Of a stretch of DNA of 64,000 nt, positions 50,957 to 62,252 are shown piece by piece. Position numbers and translations under genes: made by a program. Within the stretch, counting starts at the first letter, position 1. Each line of letters opens with the position of its first letter. Under the pieces are notes generated by a model, which was given only the letters and a program-made list of their open reading frames with translations, did no database searches and was not told the origin of the DNA. This DNA comes from Gammaproteobacteria bacterium (GTDB lineage Bacteria; Pseudomonadota; Gammaproteobacteria; CAJXQU01): the NCBI GenBank assembly GCA_965238175.1, contig CBDEGZ010000003.1, positions 1,088,001 through 1,152,000 on the forward strand. The letters run 5' to 3'.

Positions 50957-53533
50957 TTATCCAGAGAAAGTCAACTCATCATCCTTAATGTCAACTGTGA
51001 TGGTTTGACCCGGTTTAAAATTCCCTGCCAGTAAATCTTTCGACAATGGAGTCTCCAAATATTGTTGGATCGCACGTTTTAGAGGTCGTGCGCCGTAGAC
51101 TGGATCAAATCCGGCTTCACCGAGTTTATCCAGTGCCGCTTCACTCACTTCTAAATGTAGGTTTTGTGATTGTAAACGAGTACGTAAAAGATCAATTTGC
51201 ACTTCTGCAATTGATCGGATTTGCTCTTTTTGTAATGAGTGGAAGACCACCGTTTCATCAATTCGGTTAATGAATTCGGGGCGGAAATGTTGTGATACGG
51301 TTTCCATTACCGCTTCGACCATCGCCTCGTAGCTTTCTTCATTCGTCATCTCTTGAATTTTTTCTGATCCTAAATTTGAGGTCATGACGATGACGGTATT
51401 TTTGAAATCTACGGTGCGACCTTGGCCATCAGTTAGGCGACCATCATCCAATACCTGCAATAAAATATTGAACACATCCGGATGGGCTTTTTCCACCTCA
51501 TCCATCAAGATCACGGAGTAGGGTTTGCGCCGCACCGCTTCGGTTAGATAACCACCTTCTTCATAACCGACATAACCCGGAGGTGCGCCAACCAGTCTTG
51601 CAACCGCATGTTTTTCCATAAATTCAGACATGTCGATACGTACCATGGCATCTTCTGTATCGAACAAAAATTCGGCCAGCGATTTACACAGTTCAGTTTT
51701 ACCGACACCGGTTGGTCCAAGAAATAAGAAAGATCCATTTGGTCGATCTGGATCAGAAAGGCCAGCACGTGAGCGACGGATTGCATCGGCTACTGCAGTG
51801 ACAGCTTGATCTTGACCGACCACACGATTATGGAGCGCTTCTTCCATGCGTAATAATTTATCGCGTTCGCCTTCGATCATTTTTGAAACTGGAATGCCGG
51901 TCCATTTTGAAACCACTTCGGCAACTTCTTCTTCGCCGACTTTATTCCGCAGTAATTGCATGTCCTGCATTTCTGCTTGCGATGCCATATCCAGTTGTTT
52001 TTCCAATTCCGGGATTTTGCCGTATTGCAATTCTGACATGCGATTTAAATCGCTGGCGCGATTGGCATTTTCAAATTCCAGACGAGCACGTTCCAGCTCT
52101 TCTTTAATATGTTGAGAACCTTGCAAAGCGGCTTTTTCTGATTTCCAGACTTCATCCAGATCGGAATACTCACGTTCAAGATCGCTAATCTCTTTTTCTA
52201 ATGTAGAAAGTCGTTTTAGTGACGCTTCGTCTTCTTCTTTTTTAAGTGCTTCAGATTCGATTTTGAGCTGAATTAAGCGTCGTTCAAGTTTGTCCATCAT
52301 CTCAGGTTTGGAATCGATTTCCATGCGGATCCGACTGCCGGCTTCGTCGATCAAATCAATCGCTTTGTCGGGCAGTTGTCGATCAGTAATATAGCGATGA
52401 GATAAGGTTGCTGCGGCGACAATTGCAGGATCGGTTATATCCACACCGTGGTGGACTTCATAACGTTCCTTGAGTCCACGTAGAATCGCAATGGTGTCTT
52501 CGACAGAAGGTTCATCCACTTGCACTTTTTGGAAGCGGCGTTCGAGGGCGGCATCTTTCTCAATGTACTGACGATACTCATCCAGTGTGGTTGCGCCGAC
52601 ACAATGTAATTCACCACGCGCTAAGGCAGGCTTGAGCATATTTCCGGCATCCATTGCACCTTCGGCTTTTCCAGCACCGACCATAGTGTGAAGTTCGTCG
52701 ATAAATAAAATGATCTGTCCTTCTTGTTTGGCGAGATCATTCAGAACGGATTTTAAGCGTTCTTCAAATTCGCCACGGAATTTTGCACCCGCAATTAATG
52801 CCCCCATATCGAGTGATAACAGGCGCTTACTTTTCAGGCCTTCAGGTACTTCGCCATTAACAATTCGTTGGGCAAGACCTTCTACAATCGCGGTTTTGCC
52901 GACACCAGGTTCACCGATCAGAACAGGGTTATTTTTGGTACGTCGTTGTAAAACTTGAATGGTGCGACGTATTTCATCGTCACGGCCAATCACGGGATCG
53001 AGTTTTCCTTGTTCAGCACGTTCGGTGACATCGACAGTAAATTTTTCAAGTGATTGACGATTTTCTTCAGCATTCGGATCATTGACTGCTTCGCCACCGC
53101 GCAGTTTATCAATAGAATTTTCTATAGCGGCTTTATTTGCGCCTGCATCTATTAGAATTGGCGTAAGTGGATTTTTAGTATCTTCTAATGCGGCAATCAC
53201 AAAAAGTTCGCTGGAGATATATTGATCTTTTCGTTTCTGGGCGATTTTGTCGGTTAGATTCAAAAGGCGTTCTAGATCACGCGAGAGATGTACATCACCT
53301 CCAGTACCTTCGACACTTGCAATATGATCAAGCGCATCGCCCAAACGTGAGCGTAATGAATTTGCATTCATACCTGATTGCGAAAGTAAGTGACGCACTG
53401 TGCCGCCTTCCTGATCGAGCAAGGCTGTCATTAGATGAACAGGTTCTATATATTGGTGATCACGACCCAGCGCCATGCTCTGAGCATCGGCCAGTGCAAG
53501 TTGGAACTTTGTCGTCATTTTATCTGGTCGCAT
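50957..53533 (-). CDS. clpB: ATP-dependent disaggregase ClpB
   Basis: Two AAA+ modules ([16 protein letters not shown]) and a coiled-coil M domain; 858 aa. Confidence 0.98.
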   Translation of the reverse strand: MRPDKMTTKFQLALADAQSMALGRDHQYIEPVHLMTALLDQEGGTVRHLLSQSGMNANSLRSRLGDALDHIASVEGTGGDVHLSRDLERLLNLTDKIAQKRKDQYISSELFVIAALEDTKNPLTPILIDAGANKAAIENSIDKLRGGEAVNDPNAEENRQSLEKFTVDVTERAEQGKLDPVIGRDDEIRRTIQVLQRRTKNNPVLIGEPGVGKTAIVEGLAQRIVNGEVPEGLKSKRLLSLDMGALIAGAKFRGEFEERLKSVLNDLAKQEGQIILFIDELHTMVGAGKAEGAMDAGNMLKPALARGELHCVGATTLDEYRQYIEKDAALERRFQKVQVDEPSVEDTIAILRGLKERYEVHHGVDITDPAIVAAATLSHRYITDRQLPDKAIDLIDEAGSRIRMEIDSKPEMMDKLERRLIQLKIESEALKKEEDEASLKRLSTLEKEISDLEREYSDLDEVWKSEKAALQGSQHIKEELERARLEFENANRASDLNRMSELQYGKIPELEKQLDMASQAEMQDMQLLRNKVGEEEVAEVVSKWTGIPVSKMIEGERDKLLRMEEALHNRVVGQDQAVTAVADAIRRSRAGLSDPDRPNGSFLFLGPTGVGKTELCKSLAEFLFDTEDAMVRIDMSEFMEKHAVARLVGAPPGYVGYEEGGYLTEAVRRKPYSVILMDEVEKAHPDVFNILLQVLDDGRLTDGQGRTVDFKNTVIVMTSNLGSEKIQEMTNEESYEAMVEAVMETVSQHFRPEFINRIDETVVFHSLQKEQIRSIAEVQIDLLRTRLQSQNLHLEVSEAALDKLGEAGFDPVYGARPLKRAIQQYLETPLSKDLLAGNFKPGQTITVDIKDDELTFSG

Positions 53534-53571
53534 TGTAACTCTCCTTCAGAAGTTCTTAGGCTTTAATTCAA

Positions 53572-53599
53572 TAATGAGGCCAATTATTGAATTATCAAG
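53572..53599 (-). promoter_or_regulatory. sigma32-type heat-shock promoter of clpB
   Basis: CTTGAT-14 nt-CCTCATTA versus consensus CTTGAA-N13/14-CCCCATNT. Confidence 0.6.
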
Positions 53600-53641
53600 A
53601 CAGAAGCGGATGAGATGTTGAATCGGGCTACAATAGCGTGC

Positions 53642-54778
53642 ATGAAAACACCCGCTTATATTTTTGATGAATTTAAATTTACTGAAAGATTGAAACAGTT
53701 TTCTGATCTGCGTCAGTCAAGGCGGTTTAAATTGTTATATTCGATTAAAGCCTTACCTTTACCTGTTGTTTTGGAAAAGATGCTGCCTTATGTAGATGGT
53801 TTTTCAGCCAGTTCATTATTTGAAGCAAAGTTGGCGAGAGAGGTGATAAAAGAGCAAGGCAGTATTCATATCACCACGCCGGGTTTGCGTTACGATGAAG
53901 TTGAAGAATTACTGGAAGTATGTGATTACTTAAGCGCCAATTCATTGAGTCAGTGGCGACGTTTTTCTGATCTTTTTCAAGAAAGTACATATGCAGGAAT
54001 TCGTATAAACCCTCAACTTTCCTTTCTTCAAGATAAGCGTTTTGATCCTTGTCGATCGTTTTCTAAACTTGGTGTAAGCATTGCTCAATTCCAGAATCAA
54101 GATGAAGATTTTGAGGGGTTATCAGGACTACACTTTCACACAATGTTTGGATCAGAAAGTGTCGATCCATTAGAAAAAACCATCAAAAAGATTGAAAATA
54201 AGTTAGGTGATATTTTACATAAGTTGGAGTGGATTAATCTTGGTGGGGGTTATGTTTTCAAGGATAAAAAATCATTTTATAAGTTTGAGAAAATCATTCG
54301 TAAACTGATCGAAAGTTATGATCTAACGGTCTTTTTTGAACCCGGCAAAGGTATTGTTGGAGATGCAGGAGAGTTGATCACAGAGGTTATCGATTTGTTC
54401 GAGAGTGATGGAAAAAGGATTGCGGTTTTAGATACTTCTGTTTGTCAACATCCCGAGATTTTCGAGTATCAAATAACCCCTGATATCAGAGAATCAATTT
54501 CTGATGCAGAACACGACTATCTTCTTGCGGGTGCCAGCTGTAAAAGTGGTGATTTATTTGGTGAGCACAGTTTTCCCAAACCTTTAGAAATTGGGTCAAG
54601 GCTGACAATGCAAGGTGTTGGTGCTTATACTTTGGTCAAAGCTAGTCGTTTTAATGGTATTAATTTGCCAGATGTCTATCTGCGCAATATTGAAGGTGAT
54701 CTTCAATTATTAAAACAATATCGTTTTGAAGATTATCAACGTTTCTGGGGGCACTCTAAATTAATGAATAACATTTAA
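53642..54778 (+). CDS. PLP-dependent decarboxylase, carboxynorspermidine decarboxylase (NspC)-like
   Basis: TPAYIFDE, YSIK, SSLFEA, DPC..SKLG, GLHFH, NLGGG, EPG, SCKSGD.FG and FNGI.LP motifs. Confidence 0.78.
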   Translation: MKTPAYIFDEFKFTERLKQFSDLRQSRRFKLLYSIKALPLPVVLEKMLPYVDGFSASSLFEAKLAREVIKEQGSIHITTPGLRYDEVEELLEVCDYLSANSLSQWRRFSDLFQESTYAGIRINPQLSFLQDKRFDPCRSFSKLGVSIAQFQNQDEDFEGLSGLHFHTMFGSESVDPLEKTIKKIENKLGDILHKLEWINLGGGYVFKDKKSFYKFEKIIRKLIESYDLTVFFEPGKGIVGDAGELITEVIDLFESDGKRIAVLDTSVCQHPEIFEYQITPDIRESISDAEHDYLLAGASCKSGDLFGEHSFPKPLEIGSRLTMQGVGAYTLVKASRFNGINLPDVYLRNIEGDLQLLKQYRFEDYQRFWGHSKLMNNI

Positions 54779-55050
54779 TCAAGAAGCGCTTGATGATGCT
54801 TGCTATCAAGGACAAGAGATGGGATTTGATGGTAAGTCTTTAATCCATTCCAAAACAATAAGGACGGTCAATAAAGCCTTTAGATCCAGTACTGAAGATC
54901 CAGTACTGAAAAAGTATCAATATGGTGGAGAGAGTTATTGATGCTCATGCCAAAGTCACTGTAAGAGGTGAGGGTGTGGTAGTGCTAGACGACCATATGT
55001 TGAGGGAGCGTATCGAACATTATTGTTAGCGAATGTCATCGCAGAAATGG
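54775..55050 (+). pseudogene. C-terminal remnant of a CitE/HpcH-like acyl-CoA lyase
   Basis: Translates as ..ACYQGQEMGFDGKSLIH.. and ..VIDAHAK..GEGVVVLDDHM.., frameshifted, with a 14-bp tandem duplication at 54882-54909. Confidence 0.6.
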
Positions 55051-55177
55051 AGAGTAACTTTGTCAGTTAAAAGCATCAAGTAATAAGCACTCCTGCCGCC
55101 ATCCTTCTTGATATGAGAGCAAACACCAAGGAAATAAAATCTGAAAATGTCTACGTGGACATAAGGCGATTAGGAAG

Positions 55178-56521
55178 ATGATGGTCGAAGAGCAACTTAC
55201 AAACCCGCTAGTTTTACTTTTATGCATCGCGCTATTGGTGAGTATTGGTGTGTGCCTTTGGTTAATACGAATACTTTTCAATACTAAAAAAACAATTTCA
55301 AAATTGCTGCCGGTTGATCAAGAGGATAAAAAATCTCAGAAAGGCAGCCTTGCGGATTTATTAAACGCGTTGGTTAGTCATGTTAGAGGGAGGATTCAGG
55401 CATCTAAAGATCTTCGCCAGGATGCGGTTGCAGAAAATAAGGCGGTTGCTTATCAACATAGAAAGATGCAATCAACACTCGAGGTTTTTAATGAAGGTGT
55501 GGTTATTCTTGATCAGACTGGAAAAGCAACCTTTGCTAATCAGAAACTGAATACGTTGCTAGGTGTTACACGAGATGATGTAGTTGGGAATCAATCGGAT
55601 GTATGGTGTACCGATAAAAAAGTATTAAGCATGCTGGTGAGATATGAAGGCAATGTTACTCGTCTTAGACGTTCTGAGACTGTCGAATTTTCACCACAAG
55701 GACAGGAGAAAAAAACATTAGCTGCTACGGTCACACCGATATCAATGCATTCTAAACCAGAGTTGACGATTGGGATTCTAATAACCTTTAGAGATGTTTC
55801 AGCAGAAACGATGGCCAAGCGTTCACGTGACGATTTTGTTGCCCATGTTTCACATGAGCTTAAATCCCCATTGAACGTGATCAAATTACACAGTGAGTTA
55901 CTACTTGATGTGGGCGATGATCCACAGTCACGAATTAGTAGTATCAATGTGATTAATGATGAAGTTGATCGCGTTGCGAACATGATTACGGATCTTTTAA
56001 ACATTACTCGAATGGAAGTTGGAAACGTCAGTATTAATCGTAAGCGAATACGTTTTCATGATTTTGTAACGGATGTATTTGAAAAAATGCAGCGCAGTGG
56101 CGAAGAAAATAATATTCAGTTTAAATTAGATCTGCCGAGATCTTTAAGCCACTTGTCGATTGATAAGGATTTGTTTCGTATTGCTTTGAATAATATTTTG
56201 TCTAATGCGATCAAATATAACAAACCGGAAGGTCTTGTGACTTTGAGTGCAGAGGAAAATGATGAGTCTATTACTTTGCGAATAAGTGACACTGGTATTG
56301 GGATAATGCCGGATGATCAGAAAAAAATATTTGATAAATTTTATCGTTCGGACGATGACGAGGTGACAAGCAGAAATGGTCATGGATTGGGTTTGTCATT
56401 GGCGCATGAGATTATAGGTTTACACAATGGAACGTTAAGTCTTGAAAGTGAAAAAGGCAAAGGCACCACATTTATTCTGGAATTAGGAAAAACAACAACA
56501 TTGCTCAAGGAAGCTGTATAA
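55178..56521 (+). CDS. Membrane-anchored PAS-domain sensor histidine kinase
   Basis: One transmembrane helix, PAS domain (EGVVILD..G..FAN), H-box SHELKSPL, N-box NAIKYN, and G-boxes DTGIG and GHGLGL. Confidence 0.93.
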   Translation: MMVEEQLTNPLVLLLCIALLVSIGVCLWLIRILFNTKKTISKLLPVDQEDKKSQKGSLADLLNALVSHVRGRIQASKDLRQDAVAENKAVAYQHRKMQSTLEVFNEGVVILDQTGKATFANQKLNTLLGVTRDDVVGNQSDVWCTDKKVLSMLVRYEGNVTRLRRSETVEFSPQGQEKKTLAATVTPISMHSKPELTIGILITFRDVSAETMAKRSRDDFVAHVSHELKSPLNVIKLHSELLLDVGDDPQSRISSINVINDEVDRVANMITDLLNITRMEVGNVSINRKRIRFHDFVTDVFEKMQRSGEENNIQFKLDLPRSLSHLSIDKDLFRIALNNILSNAIKYNKPEGLVTLSAEENDESITLRISDTGIGIMPDDQKKIFDKFYRSDDDEVTSRNGHGLGLSLAHEIIGLHNGTLSLESEKGKGTTFILELGKTTTLLKEAV

Positions 56522-56523
56522 GA

Positions 56524-56910
56524 ATGGAGAAGAAAAAAATATTGTTGATTGATGATGAGCCTCATGTGACTTCTGTAATAAGTCATTTCTTGATACGTTC
56601 TGGATATGATGTTGATTCTGCAAACAATGGTTTGATGGCACTGGAAAAGGTGAGTAAACGAATGCCTGATGTGATCGTTTCGGATATTCAAATGCCTAAA
56701 CTCACAGGGCTGGAATTTTGTGAAAGGTTTCGTGCAGATTATGCAGGAAACGAATCTTTGATCATTATTATGACTTCAAGAACCGAACGTGATTTTCGAG
56801 AGCAGGTAGGTAGCTTAGAAAATGTGGAATTTTTTGAAAAACCATTGTCTCCACGAAAATTAATTGCAAGACTGAAAGAATATTTCGAAGAAATGGAATG
56901 TGTTGTCTAG
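56524..56910 (+). CDS. Single-domain response regulator
   Basis: ILLIDDE, DIQMP and KP motifs; no output domain. Confidence 0.92.
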   Translation: MEKKKILLIDDEPHVTSVISHFLIRSGYDVDSANNGLMALEKVSKRMPDVIVSDIQMPKLTGLEFCERFRADYAGNESLIIIMTSRTERDFREQVGSLENVEFFEKPLSPRKLIARLKEYFEEMECVV

Positions 56911-59074
56911 TATGGATAGTTTGATTCAGCTTGATCTTGAACGGTATGAGTTGTTGTTCAAACATTTGACAGATGTTGAATGTAAACTCGAATTATTCGA
57001 TCAAAGGGGTAATTTTTTTGATGGAGAGTTAGTTCAGGACGTTGCAACTGATCAAAATATAGATTGGGATAGTTTGTGTTACAAAGCAAGGAAAGCACCT
57101 TCCGATGATGGTGGTGTTACTTGGTCTACAGCACTATTTCTCTCAGCTGAATACCATCCATATTGGTTAAAGTTAACTATTGAAAAACATGCACACGATC
57201 TAAGCGATAAGACTGAAAAAAGTTTGAAACATATTCTTGTCGATACCGCACATTTCCTGACTGATGATTATATGACTCAGGCAGCTATTGATGGATTTTC
57301 CAATGAGTTGGCGGCGCGGTATGAAGAAATAAATATGGTCTATGAACTTGATGGGGTTTGGAAAAATAGTCATAAGTATGATGAAAAAATATCTTATGAA
57401 AAATTAATAGAGATGAGTTTAAACTACTTATCTGTAGGTATGGTGGCACTACTTATACCGAACGAAAACATATCAATACATTACGAAAATGGAGATGATT
57501 TAGAAGAAGTAGAAGAAACGCTTAAAAAATTAAAGAATAACCATTCTATATTCTTTGACTCAGCCCAAAAGTCTTTAGTTATTAATCGAGATGAATTTTC
57601 TGATACCTATTACGAGCCGACAATTCCGTATAAATTAATCGTTTCTAGTGTTATCAATGTTGACCATACTATCTCAGGTATTGTTGTCTTTGCCAATGAA
57701 ATGGAAAGAGATCATTTCACCAATACTGACAGAAGGTTGTGTGAATTATTGGCAAGAGAAATTACGAAAATATTTCAATCAAAACGTGATCCTATTACTG
57801 GTCTTTTTAATAGAAAGAGTTTTGAGTATAAGCTTCAAAATTTAGTAGAGAGCCAAGAAGGTTCATATCATTCATTAGTTTATTTTGACATTGATCGTTT
57901 TCAAATTGTTAATGATACTTGGGGCCATTCAGAAGGTGATCGACTATTACAACAAATAGCGACGCTAATTCGATCAAAACTTGGTAAGAATATTATTATG
58001 TCGCGTCTTGGAGGCGATGAGTTTGGTATTTTGCTTGAGGACACGTCTGCAGATGTGGCTGAAGGTATTGCTGAAGGGCTGCGTCGCGCGATCGAAGAAC
58101 TTGCTTTTGTTTCAAACGGACAAGCATTTGATATCTCAAGTAGCTTTGGCATCGCTGAAATAAACCCAGATATGGGTGAAGTTTTTGATGTTTTAGGCGC
58201 GGCGGATGTTGCATGTGATCTGGTGAAACAGACAGGTAAGAATGGCGTTCGTGTATACCAACCGAGTAATTCGGAAATGGTTCATCATCATGACCAAATG
58301 TATTGGGCAAGCCGAATAAAAACGTCGCTGGAAGAAGATCTTTTTGAAATATTCGGACAGGCAATTGTTCCTCTGTCTGATCCATATGGTGAACCTAGTC
58401 ACTATGAAATTCTTGTCAGGTTAAGAGAAGAGAATGGTGAAATGGTTTCACCAGGAAGATTTATTCCGGCTGCCGAGCAATATAGTTTAATGCCGTTACT
58501 TGATCGTTGGGTATTGAAAGAAACAGTAAGTACGCTATTGGAAGCAGAACAAAAAGGCATTAATGACTCTGTTTCAGTTTCTATCAATGTTTCAGGGCAA
58601 TCACTTTGTGATAATGAGTTTCTTAAATATGCATATTCCTTAATCAATAAGAGTGAAATTAATCCAGAACGGATATGTCTTGAGATAACTGAAACTTCAG
58701 CTGTAGGTGATTTAAAAAGCGCATTGAAATTTATTGAGACAATGAGCGATATTGGTTGTTTATTTGCACTTGATGATTTTGGTAGTGGCATGAGTTCATT
58801 TGGATATTTAAAACATTTACCTGTGGATTATTTAAAACTGGATGGCATTTTCATAAAAAATATCGTGGAAGATTCGGTTGATAGAGTAATGGTTAAATCT
58901 ATTAATTATCTGGCTCAGGAGATGGGTTTAAAAACCATTGCTGAATATGTCGAAAATGAAGAAATAGTTGATGTTTTGCAACAGTTAGATATCAATTATG
59001 CTCAAGGGTACGGTATTGATAAACCGAGTCCATTTCTTGAAAAGCTGAGTGAAAAGAAGACACTAGCTGTGTGA
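56900..59074 (+). CDS. GAF-like/GGDEF/EAL diguanylate cyclase-phosphodiesterase
   Basis: SRLGGDEF, EILVRL, LEITET, LDDFGSG, KLDG, AEYVE and QGY motifs. Confidence 0.93.
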   Translation: MLSSMDSLIQLDLERYELLFKHLTDVECKLELFDQRGNFFDGELVQDVATDQNIDWDSLCYKARKAPSDDGGVTWSTALFLSAEYHPYWLKLTIEKHAHDLSDKTEKSLKHILVDTAHFLTDDYMTQAAIDGFSNELAARYEEINMVYELDGVWKNSHKYDEKISYEKLIEMSLNYLSVGMVALLIPNENISIHYENGDDLEEVEETLKKLKNNHSIFFDSAQKSLVINRDEFSDTYYEPTIPYKLIVSSVINVDHTISGIVVFANEMERDHFTNTDRRLCELLAREITKIFQSKRDPITGLFNRKSFEYKLQNLVESQEGSYHSLVYFDIDRFQIVNDTWGHSEGDRLLQQIATLIRSKLGKNIIMSRLGGDEFGILLEDTSADVAEGIAEGLRRAIEELAFVSNGQAFDISSSFGIAEINPDMGEVFDVLGAADVACDLVKQTGKNGVRVYQPSNSEMVHHHDQMYWASRIKTSLEEDLFEIFGQAIVPLSDPYGEPSHYEILVRLREENGEMVSPGRFIPAAEQYSLMPLLDRWVLKETVSTLLEAEQKGINDSVSVSINVSGQSLCDNEFLKYAYSLINKSEINPERICLEITETSAVGDLKSALKFIETMSDIGCLFALDDFGSGMSSFGYLKHLPVDYLKLDGIFIKNIVEDSVDRVMVKSINYLAQEMGLKTIAEYVENEEIVDVLQQLDINYAQGYGIDKPSPFLEKLSEKKTLAV

Positions 59075-59088
59075 CAGGATAAAATATA

Positions 59089-61128
59089 ATGCAAAAAGTA
59101 CTCACGGATCGAGTCGGTGTCGCCACAAGGTTACTTCCAAGTGAAGGGATCACTGATCAAAATTCTTTAGAAACAGTAAAAGAAGCTGTTTCTGCCTGTT
59201 TGTCAGAACGCGAAAACCTGCTAATTGTTGATCTTGCAAATGTCCCAACACTCAATAGTCCTGTACTCGAATTATTACTTGATTCGCAAGATGAACTTGC
59301 ACGTCGTGGTGGTGGTTTAACCTTAACCAACGTTAATAGTATCAATCAGGATGTGTTACGAATTACAGGTGTCAATGACTATGTTGATGTTTTAAATGCA
59401 ACTCATCATGAGTCGATTCTTGCGCATGCGTCAGGAATCGATTTACAAAACTTAAGGCTCGGAGATTTACTTGTTGAAGCGGGACTTATTTCAGAAGATT
59501 TAATAGAAGAAGCGATCCGTTTGCAGTCAGAAACCGGCAAACGAATGGGTGAAATCATTGTTGAACGTGAGTGGATTTCTGAAACCGAAATGCTCAAGGT
59601 ACTCAGTCAACAATTGGAAGTGCCATATACTTATTTACGTGCAGGTGTTTATGATCTGAACACAACTAAGCTTATTGATCATAATCTGGCCACTCGCTTG
59701 AAAGTTCTACCCTTATTTAATATCAGGGGTGTGTTGACACTCGCCACACCTGATCCCCAAAGTATTCCGAGTTTTGACGAGGTTGAACGACACACAGGTC
59801 TAACCGTTCAGCCCGTTTTAGCAAGAAGTCAGGAAATAGAGCATTGTATCAACGAAGCTTATGAAGGTGCTGTTGAAATAGATGCTTATGTAGGTGATCT
59901 TGAAGAAGATTTTGAATTAATTGATCAAGAAATTGCTACTGATCATGCCAGTATTGATGAAATTGCAAACGGTAGTCCGGTTATAAATTTGATCAATGCG
60001 GTTATCCAACGCGCAATTCGAGATGGTGCCAGTGATATTCATATTGAACCATCGCGTAGTCAGACACGAGTCAGATTGCGGGTTGATGGTATTTTGTATG
60101 AAATTATGACTGCGACACTTGAAATGTATCCAGCATTGGTATCGCGGCTAAAAGTAATGGCTAATCTGGATATCTCTGAGCGTCGTTTACCACAAGACGG
60201 ACGAATTCAGGTCAGTACTCGCGGTAATGTGGTGGATTTACGTTTTAGTTCATTGCCTGGCGTCAATGGTGAGAAGATCGTGCTACGTGTGTTAGATAAA
60301 AGTCGTAGTGTTCTAGATATTGATCGACTGGGGATGAGTGATAGTAATAAAAATACCTTTATTGATCTATTAGGCCAATCACATGGCCTAATGTTGGTCA
60401 CAGGTCCAACTGGAAGTGGTAAAACATCAACGCTTTATTCTGCAATCGAATATTTGAATAGTACTGAAAAAAGTATCGTCACGATTGAAGATCCTGTCGA
60501 ATATCAGCTCGATATTATTAATCAGAATCAAGTAAAAGATAAAGTCGGATTATCCTTTGCGAAAATTTTAAAACATGTTCTGCGACAAGATCCTGACATC
60601 ATAATGGTGGGTGAAATACGTGATCATGAAACGGCTGAAATTGCCATTCAAGCGGCTTTAACAGGCCATCTGGTTTTATCAACTTTACACACAACCGATG
60701 CCATTGGAGCCGTCACGCGTTTGCTTGATATGGGCATCGAGCCTTATCTTTTATCGTCAGCACTGGTTGGATCGATGGCACAACGGCTGGTTAGAAAAGT
60801 TTGTCCAGATTGTAAAATGACGTTTGTTGCACCGCCAGAAATGATGGCAAGGTATGGCTGGGTTACTGACGATCATATTCATCTTTCTAAAGGACGTGGC
60901 TGCACCAGTTGTTACGATTCTGGCTACCGAGGACGAATGGCAGTACATGAAATTGTATCGGTAGATACAGAATTGCAGAGCCTGATGATGAAGAACTCAA
61001 GTCGAGATGAGTTGAATGAGTTTATACAACAGGCGGGTATTGCCACCTTATTTGATGATGGTATGGGAAGAGTGCGAGAAGGCTCAACAACCATTGAAGA
61101 AATCCAACGTATTATCTCAGAAGGTTAA
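59089..61128 (+). CDS. STAS + MshEN + GspE/PilB-family secretion/pilus ATPase
   Basis: N-terminal STAS (LIVDLANVPTLNS..GGGLTL..LRITG), MshEN RLGDLLVEAGLISEDLIEEAIRLQ, Walker A GPTGSGKT, DPDIIMVGEIRD and CPDC/CTSC zinc motif. Confidence 0.92.
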   Translation: MQKVLTDRVGVATRLLPSEGITDQNSLETVKEAVSACLSERENLLIVDLANVPTLNSPVLELLLDSQDELARRGGGLTLTNVNSINQDVLRITGVNDYVDVLNATHHESILAHASGIDLQNLRLGDLLVEAGLISEDLIEEAIRLQSETGKRMGEIIVEREWISETEMLKVLSQQLEVPYTYLRAGVYDLNTTKLIDHNLATRLKVLPLFNIRGVLTLATPDPQSIPSFDEVERHTGLTVQPVLARSQEIEHCINEAYEGAVEIDAYVGDLEEDFELIDQEIATDHASIDEIANGSPVINLINAVIQRAIRDGASDIHIEPSRSQTRVRLRVDGILYEIMTATLEMYPALVSRLKVMANLDISERRLPQDGRIQVSTRGNVVDLRFSSLPGVNGEKIVLRVLDKSRSVLDIDRLGMSDSNKNTFIDLLGQSHGLMLVTGPTGSGKTSTLYSAIEYLNSTEKSIVTIEDPVEYQLDIINQNQVKDKVGLSFAKILKHVLRQDPDIIMVGEIRDHETAEIAIQAALTGHLVLSTLHTTDAIGAVTRLLDMGIEPYLLSSALVGSMAQRLVRKVCPDCKMTFVAPPEMMARYGWVTDDHIHLSKGRGCTSCYDSGYRGRMAVHEIVSVDTELQSLMMKNSSRDELNEFIQQAGIATLFDDGMGRVREGSTTIEEIQRIISEG

Positions 61129-61130
61129 AA

Positions 61131-62252
61131 ATGGCAATTGATTTTTCAGATTCAGCATCTACTTCAACAACCAAGAAATCGTCATCTTACTTGACGATTC
61201 AACTTGGCTCAGCGTCAAAGCTAACGGCGGTACATCGCAAGTTTTTTACTGAACAATTAACCTTGCTTTTGGAAACAGGAAATACTTTGCACGGCAGCCT
61301 GGAAATGTTGGGCAAACAGACAGATCATCCGTTGATGAAAAAGTTGATCGAAGATCTGCATGAAAAAGTGACCAAAGGTCAACCATTTTCCAAAGCACTT
61401 AAATCTCATCGAAAGTTATTTTCATCAACTTATATCACGTTGGTTGCAGCGGGTGAAGATGGTGGTTATTTACCCACGGTACTTAGCCATCTTTTGGAGA
61501 TGGAAGAGAAACGTGAAGAGTTACGATCAATGGTGATCTCGGCTTTTACTTATCCGGTAATATTGATTGTATTTTCGATCATTATAGTGGTTTTTGTTCT
61601 GACTTCGATTTTTCCGAAATTTACAGTGATGTTTGAATCATCTGGTGCTTCATTACCAGCAATCACACAAGTATTGATGACTGCAAGCGATTTTTTGATG
61701 GCGTATTGGTGGTTGTTGCTGTTTGGAATTGTAGGTACAGGACTCTATCTTAACATGATGATAAAACAGCCTCTAATACGCGCAAAACTTGATGAAAAAG
61801 TATTAATCATGCCAGTCCTCGGCAGTTTGATGACGAGGTTGTATCTGACCCATATGATGCGTTTGCTTAATCTATCATTAGGTAATGGTGTGACATTGAT
61901 CGATGCGCTGACTATTTGTAAAGATGCCAGTAGTAATACTGCCTTTCAACGTTTCGTGCAAAAATTAGTAGACAATGTCAGCGAAGGTAAAGGGCTTGGT
62001 GTAGGTTTTAGAGAGGCTGAATTTATTCCCCAATTGATCAAACAAATGATCCAGACGGGTGAAGAATCCGGCAAACTCGCACTCGTTACTGGGCGAGTTG
62101 CCGATTATTATCAACGAGAACTTGGTAAAAAGCTCAATATGCTTTCAAAGATTATCGAGCCGGTGATGTTGCTGGCAATGGGGATATTTGTTGCCTTTAT
62201 TGTCAGTGCTTTAATTCTGCCAATTTTTCAGCTATCGAGTACGATGCATTAA
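61131..62252 (+). CDS. GspF/PilC-family inner-membrane platform protein
   Basis: Two T2SSF repeats (AGEDGG.L, AFTYP, TGEESGKL, IIEP..L, LPIFQL). Confidence 0.93.
   Translation: MAIDFSDSASTSTTKKSSSYLTIQLGSASKLTAVHRKFFTEQLTLLLETGNTLHGSLEMLGKQTDHPLMKKLIEDLHEKVTKGQPFSKALKSHRKLFSSTYITLVAAGEDGGYLPTVLSHLLEMEEKREELRSMVISAFTYPVILIVFSIIIVVFVLTSIFPKFTVMFESSGASLPAITQVLMTASDFLMAYWWLLLFGIVGTGLYLNMMIKQPLIRAKLDEKVLIMPVLGSLMTRLYLTHMMRLLNLSLGNGVTLIDALTICKDASSNTAFQRFVQKLVDNVSEGKGLGVGFREAEFIPQLIKQMIQTGEESGKLALVTGRVADYYQRELGKKLNMLSKIIEPVMLLAMGIFVAFIVSALILPIFQLSSTMH

Noticed and set aside
54882-54909. 14-bp direct repeat AGATCCAGTACTGA as an operator or att site
   Set aside because: It is more simply a slippage duplication inside the decayed CitE-like remnant.
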